Shown: positions 1 to 12,789 of the stretch, in pieces | Numbering within the stretch: position 1 is the stretch's first letter | Layout: each line of letters begins with the position of its first letter | Assembly (NCBI RefSeq): GCF_964194155.1 | Contig: NC_135892.1 | Location: 52,328,001 to 52,392,000 of the forward strand | Reading direction: 5' to 3' | DNA length: 64,000 nucleotides | Source of the DNA: Cetorhinus maximus | Lineage: Eukaryota | The notes under the pieces: generated by a model | Seen by the model: the letters and a program-made list of their open reading frames with translations, nothing else | The model's database searches: none | What the model was told of the DNA's origin: nothing | Position numbers and translations under genes: made by a program

Positions 1-236
1 TTCTTCTGTCATGAATAAAATCACAGAGGCAGCAGAAGGAGGCCCTTAAATGGCCATTAATTAGCCACCAGGGCCCCATTTGGCCTAAAGGCAAGCTGGC
101 CACCTGGCTCTTGCCCTGCAGCTGGTTAAAATTGCAGAGGGGACAGGCAGGTAGGCATTGGGAACAGTGCCGCTGGCATGGCACTCCCAATTTTATGTCC
201 CCCATCCCGCCCATGGACGGCTGTAAAATTCCAGCC
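1..236. mobile_element. Right end of a Harbinger-type MITE (runs off the window start)
   Basis: Ends in taaaattccagcc (reverse complement of the ggctggaatttt-type TIR used by other MITEs here); contains the ggcccttaaatggccattaatt motif shared with the other copies. Confidence 0.55.
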
Positions 237-239
237 ATG

Positions 240-1030
240 GTTGCTCATATAGTTTTATTATATTGGAGGAGTGAGGGATATTCTGGCTCATGAGGTTACG
301 AGCTGTGATGCAACACAATTATGCTGCTGCTGATGACCCACAGCACCTTATTGATGTCCAGTTTTGAGCAGCTAAAATCTGTTCTTAATCTATCCCACTA
401 AGCACAGTAATAGCTCCACATGACACAATGAAGTGTCTCTTTGGTATGAAGATGGGACTTGGTCTCCATAAGGACTATGCGTGGTCATTCCTACCAATGC
501 TGATATGGACAAACCTAGCTGCAACAGGTAGATTAGTGAGGTTATTCTCTCATGCTAGATCTCTCACTACTTGCTGCAAGTCCAGTCTGACCAGGAGTAG
601 TGCTCTTCAGGAATTTGTTAGCTCATTTGACCAAGAGGAAAGTGTTCAGAGTTGGAACCAGGATTTAAGATGAGTCTGGGGTCTCGCCTTGGCCAGGTGG
701 GCAGGCCCTGGTGAGAGGGTGATGGAGGGTATTGTTGGAAACGGCAAGGGGAGGGGAGCATGGGGGGAAGGGCTTACATCTTGTGGGGGGAGGTGGTTCT
801 GATGGGCACAAGGTGCTCATCAAGGAGGCTCTCCCTCCCCCCGACCCCACCGATCCCAGCACTAGTCCATTAGGTTTTACTTTTGGTGGTGGACAGTGAA
901 GTCCCCCATCCAGAGTATAGTATGTTCCCTTGTACCCGTTATTGTTTTCTCTAGGTAGTATTCAACATGGAGGATTACTGATCCATCAACTGATGAATGA
1001 CAGTAGATCGTATTCAGCAGGACAATTCCT
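240..1030 (-). mobile_element. Degenerate APE-LINE endonuclease-region fragment
   Basis: ggtcattcctaccaatgctgatatggaca and gtccccatccagagtatagtatgttccct match the reverse complement of the LINE at 35300-35950. Confidence 0.6.
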
Positions 1031-1084
1031 TACATATGTTTAAAATTCTCATCCTGATATTTAAATCTTTTCAAACCTTTGCAT

Positions 1085-1415
1085 CTTCCTATTTCTGCAG
1101 GCCTCATCCAGCCCTACAATTCCTGCCCCCAAGATTTCCCATTCCCCTGAGTCTGGCCTCTTGTGCACGCTCCATCCCTCATCACAACATTGGCGGCCAT
1201 GTCTTCAGCCCCACTCTGCAAATCCCACTCCCACTGCTCTATCTCCCTTTCCTCCTTTAACACTCTCCTTATAACCCAGATCCTTGACCCTCCTCCTCCC
1301 CTCCAAATATATCCTTTTCCAGTTTGTTGTTCATTTCCATCTCACCATGCCTCTGTGAAATGCCATAGGAGACTTTTTCATGGTAACATGCTGTATAAAT
1401 GTAAATGTTTGCAGT
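1085..1415 (+). mobile_element. L2-type LINE 3' end
   Basis: attggcggccatgtcttcagc ... ctctgtgaaatgccataggagac ... tataaatgtaaatgttt, resembling a vertebrate L2 3' UTR and tail. Confidence 0.55.
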
Positions 1416-1771
1416 TAGAATTAATTATTTAACATCCCCGCTAACCTAAACATTAGCAAAGCAATAGCCAATGACAATTTATTTTTGCTGATGCGAACTG
1501 ATTAGAAGAGATAAATGCTTGATTTCCAGCAATAATGATATTTACATATGGATTTGACAAGCCAGTTACTTTACATGGGAAGGAGTACAGAATCACTCTT
1601 ACACAAGAGAATTATGGCCCATGAACCAATTTAATCTCATTTGTCAGAATAGCCTAGAATTAAATGGAAGGGTATCAATTGGCTCATTAGACTAAAATCA
1701 GTTTGGATGGACTGATCAGTTCACTTGACACACCACCTGGTATTGTTGACATCAGGTGTTGAGGTGTCAGC

Positions 1772-1978
1772 TGTGGCTCAGTCCATAGCACCCTCGCCTT
1801 TGAATCAGAAGGTTGTGAGTTCATGTCCCACTCCTGGAAAACCAAGAACTGTGATTGTACTCGAATGAAGTTGTAATCTGTGACTGTTGGTAACTCGAAA
1901 GAGTTTCCCGGAAACCAAGAACTGTGGTTGTACTCAGAAGAGTTGCAATCTGTGACTGTTGATAACTTGAAAGAATTT
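1772..1978 (+). repeat. tRNA-derived SINE head followed by a 73-bp tandem duplication
   Basis: tgtggctcagtccatagc (A-box) ... gagttcatgtccc (B-box-like); accaagaactgtg..ttgtactc..tctgtgactgttg occurs twice with a 73-bp offset. Confidence 0.6.
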
Positions 1979-2902
1979 TTTTTTTCAGGTGTTCTGGAGT
2001 TATTCAGAGTCATTGGCAACTAACTCCATTAATAAACACAAAAGCATTGGCGTTTAGATGCCTGAAGAAATAAATAATCTTAACCATGTTATTTTATATT
2101 CCAGTGAATGTAATGATCACATCCAGAATCACAATTTCCTTACCTTTGTAAGTAATATTTATTTTTTTAAAATGCTAACTCAACAAGCATTCGATCTACA
2201 TAGATTTTGTTTGCTTCATACTGATTTTGTGAAAAATTGTGGAGGGATGTCAAAAGAAAAGTAGCTGCAAATATGTCCATTATATTTCTTCATGGATATT
2301 TCTAATTGCAAGCTAATTGAACCAACCTGATGAAACATATCAAGAAATATCCTCACTAATTGCATCAATTTAAAGTAGCTGTTAACATTATTGTTTGAAC
2401 TAAATCAATGCTTAATGACATAATCTGTTAATCATCAACAGATAACTATTGCTTTTATTTAGGGTCCATTCTGATTGGATTATGTCATTTATTAAACGGG
2501 TTGAATGGATTTCAGTTGGAAAACCTTGTTTATGTTTAAGATTTAAACCTTTATCATGAAGAATATCATGAATAACCAATCTGTGTGCACAGCAAAGGCT
2601 AACGGCAACCAAAACTCACTGCTCTCAATAGAATCCAGTAAATAAAATGAAGCCTTAATTTCATTATGTAGGATAGGACCTCTGCCTGTTAATGTATTGC
2701 TGCGTTCTCACACTGCTTACTGTGAGGTTGACGATGTCCTTAAACAGTGTACAACTAAAAAACAATTTGAAAAAGAAAGAGGAATCTCTAAAATGGGGGT
2801 ATTACTTATAGCCTGTTGAAAGTTACCTGTAATGATGTATCAATGAGTGACAAGCATCTGATGTTGAAAAACCATTTTCTTTTGAACATTGGATGTGTGC
2901 TA

Positions 2903-3139
2903 TCATAATGTCACTCCAAAGTCAGTGGCAATGTTTTGTATATTGTCTGATAACTCAGAAGGGCCCTTGCCGCTGCACATGAACATATCTTTGAGCTGGA
3001 GATTGCTCGTAAGTTCCTCCTGCAAATAAATGAGATCCACGCTGATTTTCAGGACCTGTCTTATGTCAGTAGGCAATTCTAAAATATCTAAAGAAGGCAC
3101 ATCAATCCCTGCACTAAATTTTACTTCCTTTGATCCACA
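2903..3139 (-). pseudogene. Putative terminal exon (cadherin cytoplasmic C-terminus-like)
   Basis: Acceptor ttttcctatcaacattgacag| then an open frame CGSKEVKFSAGIDVPSLDIL...LIYLQEELTSNLQLKDMF...TL*; YLQE..LKDMF loosely resembles the cadherin DYLxxWGPxFxxLADMY end. Confidence 0.45.
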
Positions 3140-3285
3140 CTGTCAATGTTGATAGGAAAATGTATTTCATTTAAATAGAGAACTTTTACAATTAAGCTCC
3201 TGTCCATGGCAAGAGCCCAGCAACTGGCAGATGTTAAGAAAATGGCAACAATTCATAACAAGACCAGAGTTCAATGTTCCTTTAC

Positions 3286-3388
3286 CTGCTGGGGCATCCT
3301 CCATCTTGTGTGCATTAATGTCCATGACTGCAGCCAATCCATAAATGGGGATATTCAAATATTAAATCACCTCTGCAATATTGTTTCT
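3286..3388 (-). pseudogene. Putative penultimate exon (catenin-binding region-like)
   Basis: cctatag|...CAG|gtaaag; reads RNNIAEVI*YL...MDINAHKMEDAPAG with an internal stop. Confidence 0.35.
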
Positions 3389-3629
3389 CTATAGGCACAA
3401 GGATAATTCTGAATTCTGTGCAAAGACAGATGTTGTTCAGAGCCTATACACAGTATTATTTCATTCAACGTACACCCACAAAAACTGATCTCAGCGCTGG
3501 GCCTGTGCACAGTGACTGCAAAATTAGATAAGGTCTGAAAATGGACAACACGCCCGTTACTAATTTAAATGACTTCTGCATGCGACCAGTGCAAAGCGTG
3601 CTGCTGTGTGCCTGTACGCCTGAACTGCT

Positions 3630-3823
3630 GCACCGGAAGCCTTGATGAAGGAGGTGCAGAGGAGGAAAGATGTAATTTATTCATAGGGGACCAGGAAGTC
3701 CTCTGGACAAATCCTCAGAAGGCAGTGGGACCAGGCAGCTGTGGCAGCCGATGCCAGGAATATAGCCCTGAGGACCAGGATGCAGTGTTGCAAAAAGTTC
3801 AATGACCTTACACGAATGGTCAA
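3630..3823 (+). pseudogene. Harbinger Myb/SANT-like DNA-binding gene remnant
   Basis: Frame not in the ORF track: EALMKEVQRRKDVIYS*GTRKSSGQILRRQWDQAAVAADARNIALRTRMQCCKKFNDLTRMVK, homologous by eye to 14420-14758 and 52901-53143. Confidence 0.75.
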
Positions 3824-4440
3824 GTACAGTAAATGTATCTTCAAATGCCATAACCCACCAACTGCCTTATTTATCCCCTACACTGCCTAATGCACCACAG
3901 CCTAATCACTCACCTGCCAACAAACTATAATAACAATACTGATTTTGTCTGTCCAGACTGTTTTGATTATTCATTTTAAGAGGCGTGTCTGTTGGTTTAG
4001 GACCTTCACTCTTTATTCCAGATGGCTTTCATAAAATGAATCAAATGAACATTAATGTTACAATAAAATATTGCAATAAGGAATGTGTCTGCTGGTGGGA
4101 TTATTTGGTGGGCGGTGCCTGGGTTTCATTATCAGTGCCATTTTCAACTGGGACACAGATGAGTTGTGGAAATGAAATCCTTGTTTGGCGGAATGAGGAA
4201 TGCAGGCCTCTTCCAGGGTGGACCAGGCTTAAGCGCCCCAGTGGTCCGCTCAATAACAACTCAGGTGGCAGCAAGGCTCTTGTTATGTGCATGCTGACCA
4301 TGTGTGCATGGGTTGTGCACAAAAGTCATGAGTCAGGTGATCAACAGAAAGCACTTGTCACCCAGAAACCCTCTGCTTTCTCATGGCAGCTCAAAAGCAG
4401 ATGGTACTGCAGACTGCCACAAAATGAAGGCAGGGGAAGC

Positions 4441-4781
4441 AATGGCATAGTGGTATTGTCACTGGCATAGTAATGCAGAGACCCAGCGTAATACTCTGGG
4501 GGCCCATGTTGGAATCCCACCATGGCAGATGGTGGAAATTGAATTAATTAAAAATCTGGAATTAAAAGTCTAATGATGACCATTGTTGATTGTTGTAAAG
4601 ACCCGTCTGGTCCACTAATGTTCTTTAGGGAGGGAAATCTGCCATCCTTACCTACATGTGACTCCAGACCCACATCAATGTGGTTGACTCATAATAAATG
4701 CCCTCTGAACAAGGGCAATTAGGGATGGGTAATAAATGCTGGCCTAGGCACCGATGCCCACATCGAATGAATAAAAAAAAA
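4441..4781 (+). mobile_element. tRNA-derived SINE with LINE-type tail
   Basis: A-box tggcatagtggt, B-box-like tgttggaatccc, tail gcaattagggatgggtaataaatgctggcc...gaatgaataaaaaaaaaa. Confidence 0.85.
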
Positions 4782-7700
4782 ACATGACTGCTCTCTGGAT
4801 ACTGGGCATTCACCTGCATGATCTACTGACTCTGGGTGTAACTGGCCTTCTGCTGAGATCCCTTAACCCTCCCCTCCTCCCTCTTTCAGCAGCATGTATT
4901 CCTCTGTGTTGCTTCAACTCATTCTCCCAGTCATGCTGAAGGTAAAGGGAGATGCAAACTACTGCATCCGTATTTTGGAACAAGTAGTCTATGCCTTTAT
5001 GTGCTTCCTGTAGACTGCAGCAACATTAAATAGCAGCGCAAATGACCAAACGATTCCACTAAGTCAGCAGCAGCCAGTAGAAATTAATCATCAACTAAAC
5101 TAAAAGTGCTTGAAATAGTGTTGGCTGTAGCAGGTCCTTCTTGCTGCTGAACACAGGTTGAGCTATTTGAGGTTAACTGGCATTAGTTAGATTGAAAATA
5201 GCAGCACTGACATCAAATCTTGCTGACATCACATTATTCCGACTCTGCATACTTCTGGTGCACACTTCCTGTGCTTGCGCTGATGCCTTTACCAAAATGG
5301 TGTCCAGTGCGGACGGCACCAGAAGTGAGTGTGGTGATGCAGGCGCCAGTTTGTACCTGGAACAGCACTGGTAACACTGAAAATATTATGTGGTCAGTAT
5401 CGCTCCAGTGAATGTACCCCCACAAACACAGATGACAGGACTGGGCCTATACAGAGCATCACTCCAATAAATGTACCTCCACAAACACTGATGTCAGAGC
5501 AAGCTAATGCATAACTTCAGTTTATTGAATGTGCATTGAAAAATATTGATGTCAGGACAGAACCGATGCACAATATTACCCCACAGAATAAACATCCACA
5601 AAACACTGACAAAGAAACGGAGCCCATACCATCTTTAAATCTACCCTAAAAGAATGGTTTGTTCAATCATGGTCAAGGATGATTCTCTGTTCAACTTATC
5701 AATTCTACAAAATACTACACACGTGTGTGTTTTCAGGCTAAAGAAACCTAACGTAAATTCCTTATCAGAAAATATTACATTACATTTGAAAGGTGAAATA
5801 TTCTGTCAGTTGCTTGGGTCATTTGAAATTCCTGCTTTGTTATGATAGGTCAATGCACAATACATGCTTGCAGACTAAGGTCAAATCACACATGAGCTAG
5901 GTCCTTCAGTTACATGTGACTGAGTTCTGACACACAGCAACTTTTTTTAAGGCTGTCTATCAAATACGGTTTTGTTTGCTGTTCCACTTTATGATTAATA
6001 AGTGTGGACATTGTGCACAATGTCACAAATGGAAAAATGAATAAAATGAGCATAGTCAATGGAGCTGCTGCCAGATGAACATTTACCCTTTTTATATAGA
6101 ATCCTAGAGTAAATGGATGTAAATGACTACCTTGAGTCTACTAGAAATTGTATGTATATTTATTTTCCCCCCAAAAAATTTGCCACATCCTAACTTCAGT
6201 GAGATAATGTGCAGAATATTCTTTCATTGTCTGTTAATAGAGGCAACATTTTATCCAATGTATTAGGCAAACAAATTTTAATGCCCTCAAACAAGGTATA
6301 ATTAACAATTATCAAAACAAATTATTTATTATTATGTAATTTTGGTAGACCACATGTCCCAGGAACATAGGAATATATCTTCAGAACTGACTTATTGACT
6401 CTGCATATTTAGAAATAAAAACAATTGATCACCATCAAAGGTTTCCCATGCTTCTTGTGCTTGAATTGTATTGTATAGGCATCTTCCAGGATAATGTTCT
6501 TGTTATTCTGCAATAGGTGATACATTGGAGAAATCTCTTGATATGCTCTAATGTAGAGGCAGCACAGTGACTATTTTTTTTATAAAATCATAACCAGCAT
6601 TATGTAAATATGAGATGTAATATTCCACTAGTTCGTATGTATGTATGGTAGTAGCAATGTCAATTGACAGTATTTCTGTGATGTTCCCAGTTCAAAACTT
6701 TATTAAAAATTTACTTACCCTTAAGTCACCATAATACTATGAAAAACACTATTTTATTGCTGCTTCTCATTGTTTTTAAGTAGTGTGATGAGTGAGCCTG
6801 CGCTAGTCGACTAGATAAATGTTCAAAGCATAGTGTTCACTAACCAGTACACACTGGTTTTAGCCACAGTAGGCTTCCGTTATTTCCCTCTGCAATGTCC
6901 ATATGCCAACCTTTTTTGACGTCAGCACTAATAAAATTCTAAAAGGTTAAATGTTTAATTTCATTTTGTATAATATGTTTTATCACACTATATCATAACA
7001 TCAAGCCCAGAAAATTCAATAGGGAATAAACATATTTCAAGATGAATTATCTTAGATGGTTTTGAAAAATCATTCCTGTCATCATGTTCACAGTCATACA
7101 CACACATGCTTAAACGTCTAACCACTTCATCAGTTTTATAATACACAAGGCCAGGGATAATACATATTTTGAAATTTTACAGTGCAGGTATTACTAGTCA
7201 TAATATAATTTTTAACATGTTTATATATGAACCATTTAAAATGCATTAACCATAATTCAATAAACTTTGAGTTGACCAAAATGGAAATGTCTTCTTTGCT
7301 TTCAACTGATTAAATGATTAATGCACTAGTTTGTTATATTTCCTTTGCCGATTATTAAATCAAATAAGTTCCTTTCAGGAAAAGTGCATGAAAATGTATG
7401 AAAAGAATTAATTGTCAGTGTTGACAGCAAATGACAGGCTTTGATAGGTTTGTCCTTCCAATGCCGTCTGTGCTTTTTTAGAGTAACATCTCATTATTTT
7501 GTTAATAAGGAATGTCTAAAATTAATTTTCACAGCTATTTTACTCCAGTTATAGAAAGTCTGAGTAATTTGAATGAAGTTCTTTAGCGTTAATACTTTGG
7601 TTAAAAAAAAATCACATCTATTGCTTGAATATAAAATTTAATATTCATGTGCAATACACCAGCTACCATATCTCATATTTAAGCACCATACACAAAGGCC

Positions 7701-8247
7701 TGAGCCTTCTTGACAATGCAGGATTTTGATAGAGCATATCTGAAATATATTTACTCATACTTTCACTATCTATGCTTCTTAAACCTGCTTTCATTAGTTA
7801 TATCCATGGTAACCTTTTTTCACATGAAATATGAATCTTGCCTGGAACTGCTTAAAAATCATTGGGCACAATGTAGTGGCTATGTGGAGCTGCCTCGCTC
7901 ACAATATGCAAAAAGCCTTCAAATCAGTTAAATGCAGAGAGTGATAAAGTTTCAAATTGAAATTATCTCACTGTACTGATAAATAAAGCTTCTCTGGTAC
8001 CTAAATCATGACACTAACTATACGTTTCGATTTTTTAAGTAGTGATTAGGTAGGTACTCAGGGGAAAATGCTAGTCCACACAGAGATAACAGACTCAATA
8101 TCAAGTAAAAAGAGACTTGAATTCTAACCAATCTCATGTAATGAATTGAAATACTCCAGCTTTCAACAAAGAAAAAAACAAGCTGTGCAGTACCATCGGC
8201 TAACCACTGTCAGGAAATATAATTTGTACTCTCCGTGATTCACCTAC

Positions 8248-8335
8248 CTCATATTCAGCGTGCAAATTTATTTCACCAATAATCAGACCTGAAGATTGCC
8301 CAAGAGAATTAACAGCATCATTCCTTACGCACTGG
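8248..8335 (-). pseudogene. Putative cytoplasmic exon of the cadherin remnant
   Basis: ctttctgtccataccag|...GAG|gtaggt; reads QCVRNDAVNSLGQSSGLIIGEINLHAEYE (RND-like motif of classical cadherins). Confidence 0.35.
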
Positions 8336-8611
8336 CTGGTATGGACAGAAAGGATATTATGCCCCTCTGACATGGAAAAACTGTGTTGGTTTGATGGAGA
8401 AAACCCAAGGATATTTGTCCTGTTAGACAAAAATAGGCTTGTGCATATCAACATATTACAATGTCATTTCAAAAACCTGGATATACAAATATCATCTATC
8501 ACTGAATTGATTTTCTCAAGCTTGAATTGTTTCGAAGCAACAGCAAAGCTGATTTAAAAAAAAAACAGACTGCTCAATAAAGTTATTTTGAAAATAGAAG
8601 ATTCTCTCTAC

Positions 8612-8849
8612 CTGGCAGTAGCCAACTTGCAGTTTTCTTCTGGCTGCTATTAACCCTATTGTTGCAAAGATTCCAAGCATTTCGGCTGTTTCCCCTTCTA
8701 CAAAGGCAGTGGTTGCTTGTATTTTTAACCCAGATTAAAAGAACAATAAGAAAAAAAGTGCACAATATTAAGTCATTCACTCCACACCGCCACTCCAATT
8801 CACTTGTTACAATCACGCAGCTATAACAACGACACCATTTGCTGTCAAC
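8612..8849 (-). pseudogene. Putative EGF-end plus transmembrane exon
   Basis: tctctgtttacag|...CCAG|gtagag; open frame VDSKWCRCYSC...WRCGVNDLILCTFFLIVLLIWVKN with a hydrophobic TM-like stretch. Confidence 0.45.
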
Positions 8850-9126
8850 CTGTAAACAGAGACTGCAATGGGAATAACAATGAACAATGGCTTGACATAC
8901 ATTGTGTGTAATTGTGCAATGCCTTATTAGTGCACAAATGCTCTGCACACTTGTGTGCAAAACCTTTGAACATAATTTTAGCAGTGACATTAAGCTGCTT
9001 AAACTAATGCACTAATGTTGCACAATGTAATTTCAAGGCCAACAAATTAGTCAAGTTTAGATGTGCCAGGGCTGGTGAGCAACTGGGTATGGTAGGAGGG
9101 AGGAGACTCAAATCCATGTGACTTAC

Positions 9127-9217
9127 CTCACCATGGTTGTGGATTAGTCCAAGGGTTGAGTGCACATGTTTTGATCTCTGTGCGGCAGAGCTCCCCGAAA
9201 TTTAGATATTTACAAAC
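9127..9217 (-). pseudogene. Putative EGF-like exon
   Basis: Strong sites ttgtcctttcag| and GAG|gtaagt; reads VCKYLNFGELCRTEIKTCALNPWTNPQPW* (GxxC...CxxNP pattern, ends in a stop). Confidence 0.5.
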
Positions 9218-11710
9218 CTGAAAGGACAATCCAAGTAAATTTCCAAAAAAAAAGGTGCTATCTTTCAAAGACTGCAGATGCACAGAAAGAACACCAACTC
9301 TCACTATACTGCAATATCTGAAATTAATCCTTGGTCATATGTCAGTGAGTAATACTTGTACCATACATTAAGTAATTTATAAATACCGCATAAAAAATGC
9401 AGATGAGGGAGAAATGGATGCTTGCTAACTGTGCTGTAAGTAGTTATTGCCAAAATGCTAATAAAGGAAGGTTTTTATTTTCTCACTATTTTAGCTTCCT
9501 TTCTCCCAGTTAATTTTTTTTTATGTTGAAAGCCCCAAGGATTTAGGTCATAATTGAAGTAATCACATGGAATTCCAGTTCTCCATTAGAATGAGCTGAG
9601 ATAATCTGGGCAGGATTTCAAGAAAACAACTGATTATATATCCATAGAATTGCCATGGACCACTGTCACAGTATTTAATTTAATAATCAAATACTTCTTT
9701 TGTGGACTTTCCACCCATTTGACAAAGGGCTTCCAGCCTGATATCACTGACCATTCCCATTAATCTGACCTTACAATTGTGAATTATAATCTAAAATAGA
9801 AATGAAGAAATAACCCTTCTACACAGACCTGCAGCAGTTCCACTGTTGCTACTGTAGAGCTGGCTATGGAATGTGGATTTGGAGCACGCACTCTGGGACC
9901 TATCCCTTTTGGAATGAGAGCTGGGAATTCTCTCATAAAACCAGGTCCAGAGCTAATTAATGGGACAACATCTGCTTAAACACAATCTGTGGTGGCAAGC
10001 ACCACCAACTCCAGTGCCAAGGTCTTGGGAAAACAATTGAAAGGAAAAATCCTCACAGTGAGTGAATAAAACGACCCAAAACCTTCTGTGGTTTTTTATA
10101 GGTTGCATTATAAACTACAAGTAGCAATTATATTTCAGAGTGGTGCTATAGTCTCCTAATTGTGAGGTGTATCTTAAATCCAAAAGTAGTCAGATTTTCC
10201 TGAATTCACACCATTCAAATCAATTTGAACTTTGATAATAGGGGTGGTCAGTTGAGATAAGTAAAATCTCGGGAGATTTTTGAGCACAAGTTGAATGCCT
10301 CAAAATCTCTCAGATTTCACAAATGAAGATAGGTTAAGAAATTCCAAGCCACTGAGCACTCTAATCTACAGTGCGGTTTATGCTTCTAAGACACCAGATG
10401 GGGTCATATTTGCATCAGTGCAACATAGATGCTTGATGAAGCAAGCAACATAAAATGGTGATGAAAGGAAAATGAAGTCATTTTTATTAATGCAGAATAT
10501 TAATCCCCTTTTATTCATCTTACTGAAAAATGGATTGGATTGCACATCTTAGTACTTAAGTTACTCATATCATAATGATATTATTCTCAGTTGAAATCTT
10601 ACATTCCTTTACAGTAGCTCTGGATACTTATTTCCCATATTTGAGTCCACACTTCTGATAGGTATCTAATTTCAGCATAAACTTATTCTAGGCAGATAGC
10701 CTTCTGTTGAATGAGTTATAATGTATCATTGGTACTGGATGCTGTGGGACAACTAACTATATGCTCCATTGCACCTCACCACTTTCTCCAGCTTGTGGAG
10801 GCCATAGGTTATGAGAGGAAAATAAAACAAGATCCAAAAATACTGTTACTATAACATCTTGGGAAGATCTTGGGAATCAAATGCTGAATGCCAGCTTTAA
10901 AAAAGCTAAGATTAATTTTTATGCTGACCTATCAGTGCAAACGCAACAATTTAACACAGTATTGAAATGTTTGATATATGAGCAAATTACTTTGCAAATG
11001 GTTCTAACAGAGTGCTACTTAGATAAAAATATGATAAAACCTATGAAAATAAAGTGTTCGGACTATGAAATATGCAAATGCAGGTGTTATGGCTTGGTCC
11101 AGTTGACACTCATTTGGCTAACAAGTGTTTGCACTGGATTACTTCATTTGAGAAAAGGCAGCTTTATGACTAGTTTGCCATTCAGCTTTATTTATGGAAT
11201 ATTACCGACAAGATATAAAGCCTCCATAAGTACGTTGTTAATATTTTCAGGCATGTAAATATAGATGGTTCTGAAGAAAGCCTGTGACTTTGCCTTGTGT
11301 CTTCCTTCTAATTGTCGATGTTTTTGCACCACTGCTCCTCTTTCCATGCAGAGAGTGATGATAACCAACATTCTTTCACATGCCAGTCTTCAAGTTGACT
11401 GTTTTTAATTGTAGGCAATAGTTTGCTTGGTGTAAACCTTTTTTTTGTTTTTGTTTGCTTGTAGTTGAATTCTCATTTTTAATCTCATTTTCAACAAACT
11501 TGCCTCAGTGGGAGAAAATGTTCTAAGCGACAGGGCTTTCAACAATTGAGCATTTTAGTAAATTCATGAATTGCGTTTGGAGTCAGTTTTAGAATTTCAC
11601 ACCAGCGAGCAAAGACGTATTCTTCAATGTCTTATCAAGCACCTTGGGTTATACATTTACTTCTTGGCACATATGAAAACTGGAATTGATTCACTTGCAC
11701 TCAATATCAT

Positions 11711-12302
11711 GGACAGGACTTTTAGGTTGGTGTGCAGACGAGATCAGCAGGCTCGGGAGCAGTGGGGAATGGACCGCCGACCGCGATCAGCCCCCGACCC
11801 TGATTTCACGCTGGATGGCCAATTAACAGCCAACCAGCATGAAGCGTGCGCTGAAATGCTCAGTGCTGCCGGGGTGGGGGCGGGAGGAGGGCGGGTGCTG
11901 AAGTAAGCACAGGCACGGGCGAGCACTGATTGAAAGCTCCCTGAAGACAGAGAGCTGCCTCAGCGAGCTGAAGACTTGAAAACAAATAAATAAAGCTTTT
12001 AAAATCCAGAAACAAAATGTCCAAGCATCACAATCAGTCGCCTGAACATATACATGATAAAATTGCTGTCCATAGATTTGTATTTATATTTTATTTAATA
12101 ATGGAAACCTCATCCCACCCTTGGATGAGGTTTCATGAAAAATGCAAAGTCCTCCTGGCCGATTCACCCATCCGCCAACCGAGGTTGGACAGGCCACGAA
12201 ACGTCAGAGACAATTACAACTTTAATGACCTGAATAGGCTCCTTAATTGTCAGTGAGCATGCTTCGACTTTGGCGCGTGCCCGCCAGCCTAAAAATTAGC
12301 CC
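11711..12302. mobile_element. Harbinger-derived MITE
   Basis: TIRs ggacaggactttt / aaaaattagccc, 3-bp TSD CAT, internal gaaacctcatcc..ggatgaggtttc hairpin. Confidence 0.8.
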
Positions 12303-12789
12303 CATGGGTAAGAACATTGTGTTTAGCTCCTCAGTATCTATCCAAGTCTTTCTCCATTTGAAGATGGAAAGCATATTTCTTACCTTTGATGAAGGCACTT
12401 TCATAGCGTGCTTCATATACACAAAGGAACTGAAGTCAGTACTCATCTGTCACTGTCAGGAATTGAATGGGAATTTCCAAGGAAAATTGAACATACACCT
12501 CTTTCAGATTAAATACAGCGATTATATAGATATTTGCCTTTCCTACAAATAGAGATAGTACGCTAACATGAAGGTGTGTAGTTTTGCTGGCTTAGAGGCC
12601 AGGGAAACCTGGTTTTATGAATTCAGTATGAACACAATTGGCTCTTCATTTTATTCAGGACAACAAAGACCTCAGAATTCAGTTTGACCCAAATTCTAAT
12701 TTTTCCAAGTCTATCTCAATATAGTGCTCATCCCTAGCCATTTCTATTCCACAACAAATGTTGGCAAGTCAGGGCAGGGTAATTTATCT

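Larger units (their letters stand above)
3425..5630. repeat. Degenerate ~60-bp minisatellite (units at ~3425-3515 and ~5330-5630) split by transposon insertions
   Basis: Recurring ..aatgtacc.ccacaaacactgatgtcagga..gggcctatacag unit on both sides of the inserted block. Confidence 0.5.

Noticed and set aside
4441-4525. Possible tRNA genes (also 1772, 18462, 24817, 32573, 38203)
   Set aside because: A/B boxes continue into SINE bodies; no clean cloverleaf or oligo-T terminator.
10680-10800. Possible additional cadherin exon (also ~37490-37720, ~43540-43790, ~46270-46490)
   Set aside because: Position fits, but translations are too degenerate to support individually.
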